In this document: piece by piece, positions 43,641 through 52,614 of the stretch
Layout of the letters: each line of letters opens with the position of its first letter
Numbering within the stretch: position 1 is the stretch's first letter
NCBI GenBank assembly: GCA_045589595.1
Contig: JAZNPK010000002.1
Location: forward strand, 76,395 to 140,394
Direction of reading: 5' to 3'
From: Victivallales bacterium
GTDB lineage: Bacteria > Verrucomicrobiota > Lentisphaeria > Victivallales > UBA1829
DNA: 64,000 nt
Position numbers and translations under genes: made by a program
Notes under the pieces: generated by a model
Databases searched by the model: none
What the model was told of the DNA's origin: nothing
The model's input: the letters and a program-made list of their open reading frames with translations, nothing else

Positions 43641-44630
43641 GTGTTGTTGTTTTTTCAGTTGACACGCAATACATTCCGGGAATGTCTGCGGGAACCGGTC
43701 TTTTTTCTGACCATTGCAGCTGCGCTGCTGGTGATCGGTTCCCTGCCGGCTGTGACTCTTTTTGTGTTCAGCCGTCAGCTTTACATGATCCTGGATAATG
43801 CTCTGGCGCTGACGCTCCTACTCGGTTTTGTGGCGGCGGCGCTCTGTGCCACCAGATGTATCCGGCGCGAAATGATGAACGGGACTGTTCTGCTGCTGTT
43901 GTCCAAGCCGGTCCCCCGTTTTGCTTATATCACGGCAAAGATCCTGGGCATCAATGGTGCCATGGCGGTTTTTGCTGTGATCTGCTGTTCGGCTACAATG
44001 ATCGCGGCACTGGTGGCGTTGAATCCCTTTCACATCGACCGGACTGCGTTGTTGCTTTATTTTCTGGTGTTTGGCGGGAGTGCGGCGTTCGGGGCGGTCC
44101 GGAACTATCTCTCGCAGGTATCTTTTGCCGCCAATACGATCCTTGCGCTGCTGTTCTCGCTGCCGGTCCTTGCCGGAGTTTGTTACGGCAAGGCAAATGC
44201 AACGCTTACGGTCAACGATGAACTTTCCGCGATGGCATCGTTTCTGCCGTTTGCAAAGTTGTTTCCGGCATTGCTGCTGATCGTGCTTGCCGTTCTGCTG
44301 ATCGCCACGATCTCTGCCGCATTTGCCACGCGTTTTTCATTCCTCACCAATCTGTTTTTGTGTCTGGGAGTTTTTCTCGCCGGACTTGTTTCCGGTCCGC
44401 TGATGAACCGCATTGCCGGGGTGGACTCTTTTGCCGCCGCGATCGTCGGTCTGCTGATTCCTGACTGGCAGCGGTTCTGGATGTCGAGTGCTTTGTCAAC
44501 AGAAGCTGTGATCCCTGCCTCTTATGTGGGGTGGAGTGTGCTGTATGTTGCGGTGTACGGGATCGTGTGGACCCTCTGGGCGGCGGCATTGTTTCAAAAT
44601 TCTGAACTGGCAAAGGATTCCCGGGTATGA
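43641..44630 (+). CDS. ABC-2-type transporter permease (NosY/GldF-like)
   Basis: 329 aa, starting on a GTG 10 nt after the upstream stop. Polytopic: EPVFFLTIAAALLVIGSLP, MNGTVLLLLSKPV. The stop overlaps the ATPase start as ATGA. Confidence 0.75.
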   Translation: MLLFFQLTRNTFRECLREPVFFLTIAAALLVIGSLPAVTLFVFSRQLYMILDNALALTLLLGFVAAALCATRCIRREMMNGTVLLLLSKPVPRFAYITAKILGINGAMAVFAVICCSATMIAALVALNPFHIDRTALLLYFLVFGGSAAFGAVRNYLSQVSFAANTILALLFSLPVLAGVCYGKANATLTVNDELSAMASFLPFAKLFPALLLIVLAVLLIATISAAFATRFSFLTNLFLCLGVFLAGLVSGPLMNRIAGVDSFAAAIVGLLIPDWQRFWMSSALSTEAVIPASYVGWSVLYVAVYGIVWTLWAAALFQNSELAKDSRV

Positions 44631-45634
44631 TATCTGCACGGCATCTTTACAAAAAATACGGAAAGCGTACTGTCGTTTCGGATGTTACCCTGCATGTGAA
44701 AAAAGGGGAAGTCCTGGGCTTTATCGGTCCCAACGGTGCGGGAAAATCCACAACCATCAAGATCCTCAGCGGTGTGCTGCCGGTCTATGATGGGGCGGTG
44801 GAGATCGGCGGTTTCGATCTGACGGAACAGCCGCAGAAAGCAAAAAGTCTTGTGGGCTATCTCCCGGAAAATGCGCCGCTGCCCCCCAATATGACGGTGC
44901 GTGCATTTCTTGATTATGTCGCAGCGATGCGGGGCATCAGGGGCGCGGAACGGGCAAATGCCATTGCCGGAGCCGTGAGCCGCTGTGCGCTGACCGAAGT
45001 GCTGAACGAGGAGATCGAATCTCTTTCCAAAGGTTACAAACGCCGTGTCTGCTTTGCACAGGCGATCATTCACGATCCGGCTGTCCTGATGATGGACGAA
45101 CCGACGGATGGGCTTGATCCCAACCAGAAGCGGGAGATCCGGAATCTGATCCAGCTGCTCCGCCGGGATACTGCCGTGATCATTTCCACGCATATTCTGG
45201 AAGAAGTCCGTTCCGTCTGTTCCAGAGTTCTGCTCCTTGCCGGTGGGAAGACGGTCTTTGACGGACCTACGGAAGAATTTACCGCACTGGAACGCGCCGC
45301 ATCCGGATGCGCTTTTGAATTTGAACGCAATGTCCTGCCCGAAGTCGCAGCCTTGATGCGCAGCCATTTCCCCGGGGTGGGACGCCTGGACGGAAACAGA
45401 TTTATTGTCCCTGCCGGACACCGGGAAATGGACGGGATCCGCAAGTTGTTGTTCGACAACGGGATATGTGTTCTTGCAGAGCAGGAAGTACCCGCAACAC
45501 TGGACGACGTTTTTGCCGCGCTGACAGCCTCTGCTGCGGAGCAGACGGCAGACGCAGCTGTTCCTCCCCCGGCGGACGCACCTGCGGCTTCTCCTGCCGC
45601 CGGAACAGAAGGAGCAGATGACGATGATGACTGA
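44627..45634 (+). CDS. ABC transporter ATP-binding protein (ABC-2/GldA-like)
   Basis: 335 aa. Walker A GPNGAGKSTTIK, signature LSKGYKRRVCFAQAI, Walker B VLMMDEPTDGLD. Low-complexity Ala/Pro tail ending in DDDDD. Confidence 0.9.
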   Translation: MISARHLYKKYGKRTVVSDVTLHVKKGEVLGFIGPNGAGKSTTIKILSGVLPVYDGAVEIGGFDLTEQPQKAKSLVGYLPENAPLPPNMTVRAFLDYVAAMRGIRGAERANAIAGAVSRCALTEVLNEEIESLSKGYKRRVCFAQAIIHDPAVLMMDEPTDGLDPNQKREIRNLIQLLRRDTAVIISTHILEEVRSVCSRVLLLAGGKTVFDGPTEEFTALERAASGCAFEFERNVLPEVAALMRSHFPGVGRLDGNRFIVPAGHREMDGIRKLLFDNGICVLAEQEVPATLDDVFAALTASAAEQTADAAVPPPADAPAASPAAGTEGADDDDD

Positions 45635-48311
45635 TCTTTTTATGCGCACCGGCGCAGTTTTCAAACGGGAATTTTTCTCACTGACCGGCTCCGCCGCGGC
45701 GTGGGTCTTTCTGGTGATCTTTCTGGCGCTTTCCGGATTCCTCACGTTTATGGTGAGCGATATTCTCGGGACCGGACAGGCGGATCTCAGCCCCTTCTTC
45801 GACTGGATGCCGTGGCTGTTCCTTTTTGTTGTTCCGGCGCTTGCCATGCCGTTGTGGTCGGAGGAACGGCGGACCGGTACGCTGGAACTTTCCCTGTCCT
45901 ACCCGGTTTCCATCGGTGAACTGGTGGCGGGAAAATTTCTTGCCGGACTGGCGATCCTTGCCTTCGCGCTGCTGCTGACGCTGGGGACTCCCCTGACCAT
46001 TGCCGCGTTCGGGGAACCGGATGTGAGTGCGGTGATCTGCGGATATCTGGGCGCATTGATGGCGGGGGCGGTCTTTCTGGCGGTTTCCTGTTTCTGTTCT
46101 GCCATGACCAGAAGCCAGACTGCCAGTTTTCTGTTGTCGCTGCTGCTCTGTGCGCTGCTGCTCTTTGCCGGCTGGGACAAAGTAACGGACTATATGGTGA
46201 TGTATCTGCCGGAAACATTGTGCCGGTGGATTTCTTATTTTGCGCTGATCCCGCATTATCAGGCGTTTCAGCGCGGTTTGATCGACACATCCGAAATCGC
46301 CTATTCCCTGCTGACAACGCTGTTGTTCCTGTATCTGACGGGGGCGGCGCTCGGGTTTTCTGCATCCGGGATCGGCGGACTGTTTCTGCCGGGTGCCATC
46401 AGTGACCGGTACACATGGCGTCAGATCGGGCGTCTTGCCGGCGGTGTGGCGACGGCGTTTTATGTGTATCTCTGCCTGATTTATACTGCCGGAGTGTTCC
46501 CGGTGCGTTTTGATGCCACTGCCGACCGGGCGTATTCTCTGACGGAACAATCCCGATCCATTGCTGCGGGGCTGAAAGAACCGGTGGAGATCCGGCTGTA
46601 TTTCTCCGCCTCCAATGCCATGCCCCGTCCCCTTCAGCTTTACGGGGAACGGGTGGAATGGCTGCTCCGCGATTTTGTCCGTTCCGCAAAAGGCAGGATC
46701 AATTTCTCCATCATCCGGCCGGAACAGGATTCCGCCGATGAGGAAGCCGCCCAGCTGGATGGTCTGGTGCCCGTTCATCAGACCGGTACCGGCGACCGTT
46801 TTTATCTGGGGATGACCGTTTCCAAAGGCGCGAATATGATCGCTCTCCCGTCTCTGACGCCTGAACGCGAAGCGTTGCTGGAGTATGAACTTGTCCGGGC
46901 GGTTCAGAGTGTTTCCCGCAAAAACAAACCGGTCCTCGGTGTGATCAGTGCGCTGCCGGTTCTGGGGGTGGAGGCAGCGAAGCCCGGTGTACGCGGCGAA
47001 AAGCCGCTGGATATTGCATTGGAACTGGCAAAAGATTATACGCTCCATGAGATCTCCATGGATACCCCGGTGATCCCGGACAAAATCGACGGCGAGCCGT
47101 TGAGCGGTCTGCTGATTTATCATCCGGCGGGGATTTCAAAACGGGCTCTTTACGCGATCGATCAATATCTGATGCGGGGCGGCAAAGCGGCTGTGTTTCT
47201 GGATCCGCGTATGAGCAAAATGCTGGGCGGCACTGCCGGAAAAGATATGGAAGCACTCCGCGCCCAGCTGGAAAAACGGCAATCAGATCTTGATCCGCTG
47301 ATTTCGGCGTGGGGGATCGCTTACGACCGGGATATGATGGCGGCGGATATGAATTTCAAGTTCAATCCGGCACCCGCAGCCGGAGTTATGGCGGTCCAGC
47401 CGAGTGTGCTGCTTGTGACGCCTGAAGGGATCAGCCGCAATTCCCCGCTGACGGTCGCATTGACCCGTCTGTTTATGATTTATCCCGGCGCGTTTCCTGT
47501 GGCGAAACCGGTATCCGGTCTCCATTATGAACCGCTGGTGACGACTACCGGATTCTCCCGTCTGTTCCCCATTGCCGCGAAACCTCACGAAGTGCTGACG
47601 GCTCTGGGCAGCGATCCCAATGCGGCAGACCGTCTGCCCCTGCCTCTGGTGCTGTCTGTCAAGGGGACATTCCCCTCGGCGTTCCCCGATGGTCCGCCGG
47701 ACGCCGCCGCAGGTGACGGAAAACATCTGAAAAAATCTGCCGGTACGCCGGAAGTGATCCTGTTTGCAGACAGCGATATGCTGTTCCGCAGTGCCACGAC
47801 CGAAATCCGGACCGATCCTGCCAGCGGACAGCGTACATCCGTGATCTGGAATGACAATATCACGCTGCTTCAGAATGTATTGGAACATCTTTGCAGCGAC
47901 AGTGATCTTTCCACGCTCCGGACCCGCAAACCCATGTCGCGTCCCCTGACAAAGATCGCGGAGAGCCGCAGCAAGGTGGAGCTGGAATTCAACGAACGGT
48001 ACAGTGCGCTGCTCCGTGATTTCCGTCAGCTTCAGAATCGCGTGCAGGCGATCCGCCGCAAACAGGTGGCGGGCGGGAACCGTATCCGGCTGACGGATGA
48101 GGAAAAGCGGATCTTCTCCATTTTTGCCAGACGCGAAGCTGAATTCCGCCGGGAGGAAAAAGCCATCCGCAACAGCCTGAAAGAAGGTCTGGATGCCATC
48201 AACAGCCGCGCCCGTCTGGTCAATATTCTGTTGATCCCCGGCGGCGTGATCCTGTTGGGGATCGGCTGGGGGATCCTTCGCAGAACCGGCAGAAAAGGCA
48301 GAAAGGCATAA
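45618..48311 (+). CDS. Fusion of an ABC-2 permease (GldF-like) with a GldG-like ABC-transporter auxiliary domain
   Basis: 897 aa. The start could also be 45624 or 45627, which are better spaced from the aaggag motif. The N-terminal ~260 aa are a polytopic permease (AVFKREFFSLTGSAAAWVFLVIF). A large extracytoplasmic domain typical of GldG follows, then a C-terminal coiled segment and a TM anchor ILLIPGGVILLGIGWGIL. Confidence 0.75.
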   Translation: MTMMTDLFMRTGAVFKREFFSLTGSAAAWVFLVIFLALSGFLTFMVSDILGTGQADLSPFFDWMPWLFLFVVPALAMPLWSEERRTGTLELSLSYPVSIGELVAGKFLAGLAILAFALLLTLGTPLTIAAFGEPDVSAVICGYLGALMAGAVFLAVSCFCSAMTRSQTASFLLSLLLCALLLFAGWDKVTDYMVMYLPETLCRWISYFALIPHYQAFQRGLIDTSEIAYSLLTTLLFLYLTGAALGFSASGIGGLFLPGAISDRYTWRQIGRLAGGVATAFYVYLCLIYTAGVFPVRFDATADRAYSLTEQSRSIAAGLKEPVEIRLYFSASNAMPRPLQLYGERVEWLLRDFVRSAKGRINFSIIRPEQDSADEEAAQLDGLVPVHQTGTGDRFYLGMTVSKGANMIALPSLTPEREALLEYELVRAVQSVSRKNKPVLGVISALPVLGVEAAKPGVRGEKPLDIALELAKDYTLHEISMDTPVIPDKIDGEPLSGLLIYHPAGISKRALYAIDQYLMRGGKAAVFLDPRMSKMLGGTAGKDMEALRAQLEKRQSDLDPLISAWGIAYDRDMMAADMNFKFNPAPAAGVMAVQPSVLLVTPEGISRNSPLTVALTRLFMIYPGAFPVAKPVSGLHYEPLVTTTGFSRLFPIAAKPHEVLTALGSDPNAADRLPLPLVLSVKGTFPSAFPDGPPDAAAGDGKHLKKSAGTPEVILFADSDMLFRSATTEIRTDPASGQRTSVIWNDNITLLQNVLEHLCSDSDLSTLRTRKPMSRPLTKIAESRSKVELEFNERYSALLRDFRQLQNRVQAIRRKQVAGGNRIRLTDEEKRIFSIFARREAEFRREEKAIRNSLKEGLDAINSRARLVNILLIPGGVILLGIGWGILRRTGRKGRKA

Positions 48312-48312
48312 T

Positions 48313-49470
48313 ATGATGAACAAACTGAAAAAAATCTCACGCCGTCTGATCGTGATCTCTGCCCTTGTGATCTTTGCAACGCTGGCGGCTCTGTTGGCAC
48401 AGTGCGGTGAACAGTACCGTGAACAGGCGACCGGTGCGGTCCGTTCTGTTTCCGGTTTGCCCGATTTCAAAACGGAAGATGTCAGAGCCATTGAATTGCG
48501 GTTCGGCGCCGCGCCTCCGGTCCGGTTGGTCCTCCGGAACAATGTCTGGAAAGTGCAGGCGGATAAAAAGCCGGAAATGTTTGCCAATGCCCGGAAGATC
48601 GCGGAACTGCTCAATGAATTGAACCGTACCCGTCTGCTCCGGGAATTGTATCTGACGGACGAAGCCGCCGCCGAACAGTTGGCGTTGGCGGATTATCAGA
48701 AAGGGAAAACCGTCCGCAATGCACGGACCGGAAAGAATATGACCTATTACGGCTGCGAACTGCTGATTTACGGCGCTGACGAAAAACGCCCTCTGCTGAA
48801 CATGATGTGCGGCAACGCCCATTACAAACCGGCGGAAATGATCTCCGGCAATTACAGTATGCAGACGCCGGACGGCAGATACATCCGTCTGACCGGAGCC
48901 GACGGCAGAAAATCTTATTTCCTCATCTCCCGGATCTTTGAGGAATGTTTCCCTATGTCCGGTCTCTGGATCGAACAGCTCCGCTGCAATTCTTTTGACG
49001 CGCCCCGCTCCATCCGGTACAGTAAAAAAGACAAAACCGTCTGGCAGGTCAAAGGTCTTTCCGGACGGAATTTCTATCTTGCGGAACCTGCCGGTAAAAA
49101 ACTCGCGCATCAGAATATCGACAGCAAACTGAAATTGATGTTCAGCCCCTTCACGCGGGACATCGCGCCGGAAGGGACCGTCTTTACGCCGGAATCCACG
49201 CTGGAGATCGATCTGGAAAACGGTATGAATTATGTGATCCGGATGCAGGACGATCCTGTCAATGAATACAAACGCCTTTGCTCCATGACGGTCACTTTTG
49301 ATGCCGCAAAACTGGTCCGCAAATCCGGTGAAACGGATGAACAGTTTGAAAAACGCAAACGGATCCTGACACACGATGCCGCCGTCGAAAAAGAATGGTT
49401 TGAAGGAAAGATCTTCATCCTCCAGCCCAATGTGATCCGTATTCTGGAAGAGATCCCCGAAGCAGAGTGA
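48313..49470 (+). CDS. DUF4340-like protein (usual partner of GldG-type ABC systems)
   Basis: 385 aa. N-terminal anchor LIVISALVIFATLAALLA. Its position directly after the GldG-like gene and its size match DUF4340 proteins. Assigned by context, not by search. Confidence 0.6.
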   Translation: MMNKLKKISRRLIVISALVIFATLAALLAQCGEQYREQATGAVRSVSGLPDFKTEDVRAIELRFGAAPPVRLVLRNNVWKVQADKKPEMFANARKIAELLNELNRTRLLRELYLTDEAAAEQLALADYQKGKTVRNARTGKNMTYYGCELLIYGADEKRPLLNMMCGNAHYKPAEMISGNYSMQTPDGRYIRLTGADGRKSYFLISRIFEECFPMSGLWIEQLRCNSFDAPRSIRYSKKDKTVWQVKGLSGRNFYLAEPAGKKLAHQNIDSKLKLMFSPFTRDIAPEGTVFTPESTLEIDLENGMNYVIRMQDDPVNEYKRLCSMTVTFDAAKLVRKSGETDEQFEKRKRILTHDAAVEKEWFEGKIFILQPNVIRILEEIPEAE

Positions 49471-49479
49471 GCCACGATC

Positions 49480-50355
49480 ATGGAACAGCGAAATACAGAC
49501 ACCGGAAAACATTTTGATGTCATTCCCGCCGCACTGACCATTGCCGGCAGCGACAGCGGCGGCGGTGCCGGGATCCAGGCTGATCTGCGGACTTTTACCG
49601 CTCACGGTGTCTTCGGCTGTTCGGTCATAACTGCAGTCACAGCCCAGAATCCGCTGGCGGTGACGGATGTGGAGCCGGTATCGCCGGAAGTTGTCCGCGC
49701 CCAGATCCGTGCAGTTTTTGCCGCGCTGGATATCCGCGCTGTAAAGACGGGTATGCTCTTCTCTGCAGAGATCATCGATGCAGTGGCGGATGAACTGGAA
49801 AAACGGGATCCTGCCGTCCCGCTGGTGGTGGATCCGGTCATGATCTCCACGAGCGGAAGCAAACTCCTGAAAGACGATGCCCTGGCTCTGCTTCAGACAC
49901 GGATCCTGCCCATTGCCGACTGGATCACGCCCAATATGCCTGAAGCGGAAATGCTTTCCGGCAGAAAGATCACGGACCGTACCTCCGCAGTTGCCGCGGC
50001 GGAACTGATCGCTGCCCGCTGGAATGTGGGGGTGATCCTGAAAGGCGGTCATGCGGAAGGGGAGCAGGAATCGACAGACATCATTTGCGTCGGGGAAAAG
50101 AGATTCAAACTTTCTTCGCCCCGTCTCGCATTGCCGCCCTTGACATCTCACGGGACCGGCTGTACATTCAGTGCGGCGCTCGCTGCAAATCTGGCAAAGG
50201 GAATGGCATTTTCTGATGCCTTGTGCCGCGCAAAAGCTTTTGTATTCGGGTCGCTGGCGGAGGCGAAATGTATCGGCAGAGGAAATCTGTGCGGCATGTT
50301 CCCGCCGCAGGATGCTGCATCTTATTTGAAAATGATCTCGATCGGAACCGTTTGA
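49480..50355 (+). CDS. thiD: Hydroxymethylpyrimidine/phosphomethylpyrimidine kinase
   Basis: 291 aa. LTIAGSDSGGGAGIQADLRTF, KTGML, HGTGCTFSAALAANLA. Confidence 0.9.
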   Translation: MEQRNTDTGKHFDVIPAALTIAGSDSGGGAGIQADLRTFTAHGVFGCSVITAVTAQNPLAVTDVEPVSPEVVRAQIRAVFAALDIRAVKTGMLFSAEIIDAVADELEKRDPAVPLVVDPVMISTSGSKLLKDDALALLQTRILPIADWITPNMPEAEMLSGRKITDRTSAVAAAELIAARWNVGVILKGGHAEGEQESTDIICVGEKRFKLSSPRLALPPLTSHGTGCTFSAALAANLAKGMAFSDALCRAKAFVFGSLAEAKCIGRGNLCGMFPPQDAASYLKMISIGTV

Positions 50356-50378
50356 CTGTAGAAAGGAATTTCAGATCT

Positions 50379-51428
50379 ATGTTGATATACTGCAAAAAAA
50401 TGCTGCTGCCGGTCTGTCTGGCATTCTGTATGTTCGCGCCGCAGCTGACGGTTGATGCCCGCCGGACAGCGAATGAGCCGCGCCGCGCAGCCGCCAAACC
50501 TGCCGCCAAACCCGCCGCCAAACCTGCTGTAAAAAAGCAGACGATCCGTTACATCATCCAGAACAAACGGCGTTATTTCTCTCTGCGGGATGTGGCTGCC
50601 TGTTTCGATATGCTGCCCGGCAGAACGCAGACGGGACCGATCCTTTTTTCCCGGACCGGCAGAGTTGATTTCACCGACGGAAAACGCACCGGAAAAATCA
50701 ACAAGACGACAGTCACTTTTTTCTATCCCCCGGTCAAAAAGAACGGGTTGGACTACATTTCCGAACACGATTACCGCAAGATCCTGGAACCGGCACTGCG
50801 GAAAAAACTGAAACGGCATACCCTCAAACGGATCATGATCGACCCCGGTCATGGCGGAACGGATCAGGGGGCGCCGGGTCCTGTGGCGCATGAAAAAGTC
50901 ATCAACCTGAAGATCGCTCAACTGCTCCGCAAGGAATTGCTCTCCTACGGATTTGAAGTCGTAATGACCCGCAGCGGGGATCAGACCGTATCGCTGGCAG
51001 ACCGCTCCGCTCTCTGCAAAAAACACAAGGCGGATCTTTATCTTTCCATTCATTGCAATGCCACCACGAACAAGAGCGTGACCGGGATCGAAACATGGCT
51101 GCTTGCTGCCCAGGGCGGACAATCCGCAAAAGAAAGTACGCCCAAAACAAAGTTTGATACCGGAAATAAATTCGATCTGCACAATTTCCGGCTGGCATAC
51201 GAACTCCAGAAGGGCTTGAAAAAAACATTCCCCAAAAGCAAAGACCGCGGCGTGAAGCCGTCCCGTTTTGCCGTATTGAGAAATGCCACCGCGCCCGCAG
51301 TTCTGCTTGAAGTCGGTTTTCTTTCCAACAACCGGGAGGGACGCAGTCTTGCCACCGCAAAGACCCAGAAGTTGATCGTGGACGGCATCATTGAAGGTCT
51401 TACCGGATACGTGGAGGCGATCCGCTGA
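50379..51428 (+). CDS. N-acetylmuramoyl-L-alanine amidase (Amidase_3 family)
   Basis: Track ORF 50223..51428; ATG MLIYCKKMLLPVCLAFCMF at 50379 (signal peptide). An (AAKP)x3 linker. Catalytic domain IMIDPGHGGTDQGAPGP, LYLSIHCNA, PAVLLEVGFLSN. Confidence 0.85.
   Translation: MLIYCKKMLLPVCLAFCMFAPQLTVDARRTANEPRRAAAKPAAKPAAKPAVKKQTIRYIIQNKRRYFSLRDVAACFDMLPGRTQTGPILFSRTGRVDFTDGKRTGKINKTTVTFFYPPVKKNGLDYISEHDYRKILEPALRKKLKRHTLKRIMIDPGHGGTDQGAPGPVAHEKVINLKIAQLLRKELLSYGFEVVMTRSGDQTVSLADRSALCKKHKADLYLSIHCNATTNKSVTGIETWLLAAQGGQSAKESTPKTKFDTGNKFDLHNFRLAYELQKGLKKTFPKSKDRGVKPSRFAVLRNATAPAVLLEVGFLSNNREGRSLATAKTQKLIVDGIIEGLTGYVEAIR
50490..50525 (+). repeat. 12-bp in-frame tandem repeat x3 (encodes AAKP-AAKP-AAKP)
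   Basis: gccgccaaacct gccgccaaaccc gccgccaaacct. Confidence 0.85.
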
Positions 51429-51432
51429 CATT

Positions 51433-52614
51433 ATGAAGATCCTGCATACAGCCGACTGGCATCTCGGCGCTGCTCTCGGCACGGCAAGGCGGTATGAGGA
51501 ATTTGATAAAGTCCTCGCATTTCTGCTGAACGTGATCCGGGAACAGCAGGTGGAATGTGTGATCATTGCCGGTGATGTTTTTGATACGCCCCAGCCGTCC
51601 AACCGGGCGGTGGAACAGTATTATTCTTTTCTGACAGACTGCGCCCGGAGCGGCGTCAAACACTGTATCGTACTCGCCGGAAATCATGATTCCCCCTCAT
51701 TTCTGGAAGCACCCGGCAGACTTCTCCAATTGTTGAATGTGCATGTTTTCGCACGGTGGCAGACGCCGGAGGAACATCTTGTTCCGCTGGATGGTGCTGT
51801 CGTCGCCGCGATCCCCTTTCTTCATGACCGGGATGTGCGGAGCGCAATTTCCGGCGAGACTTATGAAGACCGTCTGCGTGCAGTACAGACGGGGACTGCC
51901 GCCATTTATCAAGCCGCGGCGGAAGCGGCAGAACGGCTTTATCCCGGCGTGCCGCTTATCGGGACCGGTCATTTCTGGGCAGTGGACCGCAAAGAATACA
52001 ATGCGCTGGAGCAGGTGGGGAACCTGAGTGCGCTCCCGCTCGATCTGCTGCCGATGGACAAATTTGCTTATCTGGCTCTGGGGCATATTCACGGCTCTTA
52101 TGCGGTGGACAAATATCCCAATGCACGCTACTCCGGCTCCATTCTGCCGATGACATTTGCCGAACATGAAAAACAACTGGTCCTGCTGGATACGGACAAC
52201 CTTGACGAACCGCAGTTTATTGATATTCCGCAGTTCCGGAAACTGGTGGAGATCTCCGGTGATATGGATACGATCGCCGCGCAGATCGCAACGTTGAAAC
52301 AATGCGGGATGGATGTCCTGCTGAAAGTGGAACATACCGGCGCATTTCTTCCGCATCTCCAGAAAGAACTGCTGGAACTCTGCAAAGACAGTTCCATTAT
52401 CCTCAACAGCTGCAGAAACAGAGAACCCAATCCTGCCATTCTCCACCGGACAAATGTTACGGAAACGCTCTCCACCCTGACGCCCGAAATGGTGTTTATG
52501 CGTCTCCTCAAAGAACAGGATCTGCCGGAAGAGGAACAGAAAGATTTGCTGGATGTGTTCCGGATCGCGGTCCGGGATATGGAAAATGCCCAGCGGGAGG
52601 AACAGGCACAATGA
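51433..52614 (+). CDS. sbcD: Exonuclease SbcD (Mre11-like nuclease subunit)
   Basis: Track ORF 51391..52614; ATG MKILHTADWHLG at 51433. Phosphoesterase motifs GDVFD, LAGNHDSP, LGHIHGSY. Confidence 0.9.
   Translation: MKILHTADWHLGAALGTARRYEEFDKVLAFLLNVIREQQVECVIIAGDVFDTPQPSNRAVEQYYSFLTDCARSGVKHCIVLAGNHDSPSFLEAPGRLLQLLNVHVFARWQTPEEHLVPLDGAVVAAIPFLHDRDVRSAISGETYEDRLRAVQTGTAAIYQAAAEAAERLYPGVPLIGTGHFWAVDRKEYNALEQVGNLSALPLDLLPMDKFAYLALGHIHGSYAVDKYPNARYSGSILPMTFAEHEKQLVLLDTDNLDEPQFIDIPQFRKLVEISGDMDTIAAQIATLKQCGMDVLLKVEHTGAFLPHLQKELLELCKDSSIILNSCRNREPNPAILHRTNVTETLSTLTPEMVFMRLLKEQDLPEEEQKDLLDVFRIAVRDMENAQREEQAQ

Noticed and set aside
48337-50151. A 604-aa minus-strand ORF, plus the similar long antisense ORFs 56890..58608, 25665..27113, 27783..28988, 45678..47123, 47283..48614 and 50322..51602.
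   Set aside because: All lie opposite genes with strong diagnostic motifs (ThiD, LolD/E, KdgK, IlvE, GldFG, amidase). They lack RBS, motifs and plausible composition, and some cross terminators or the compound hairpin elements.
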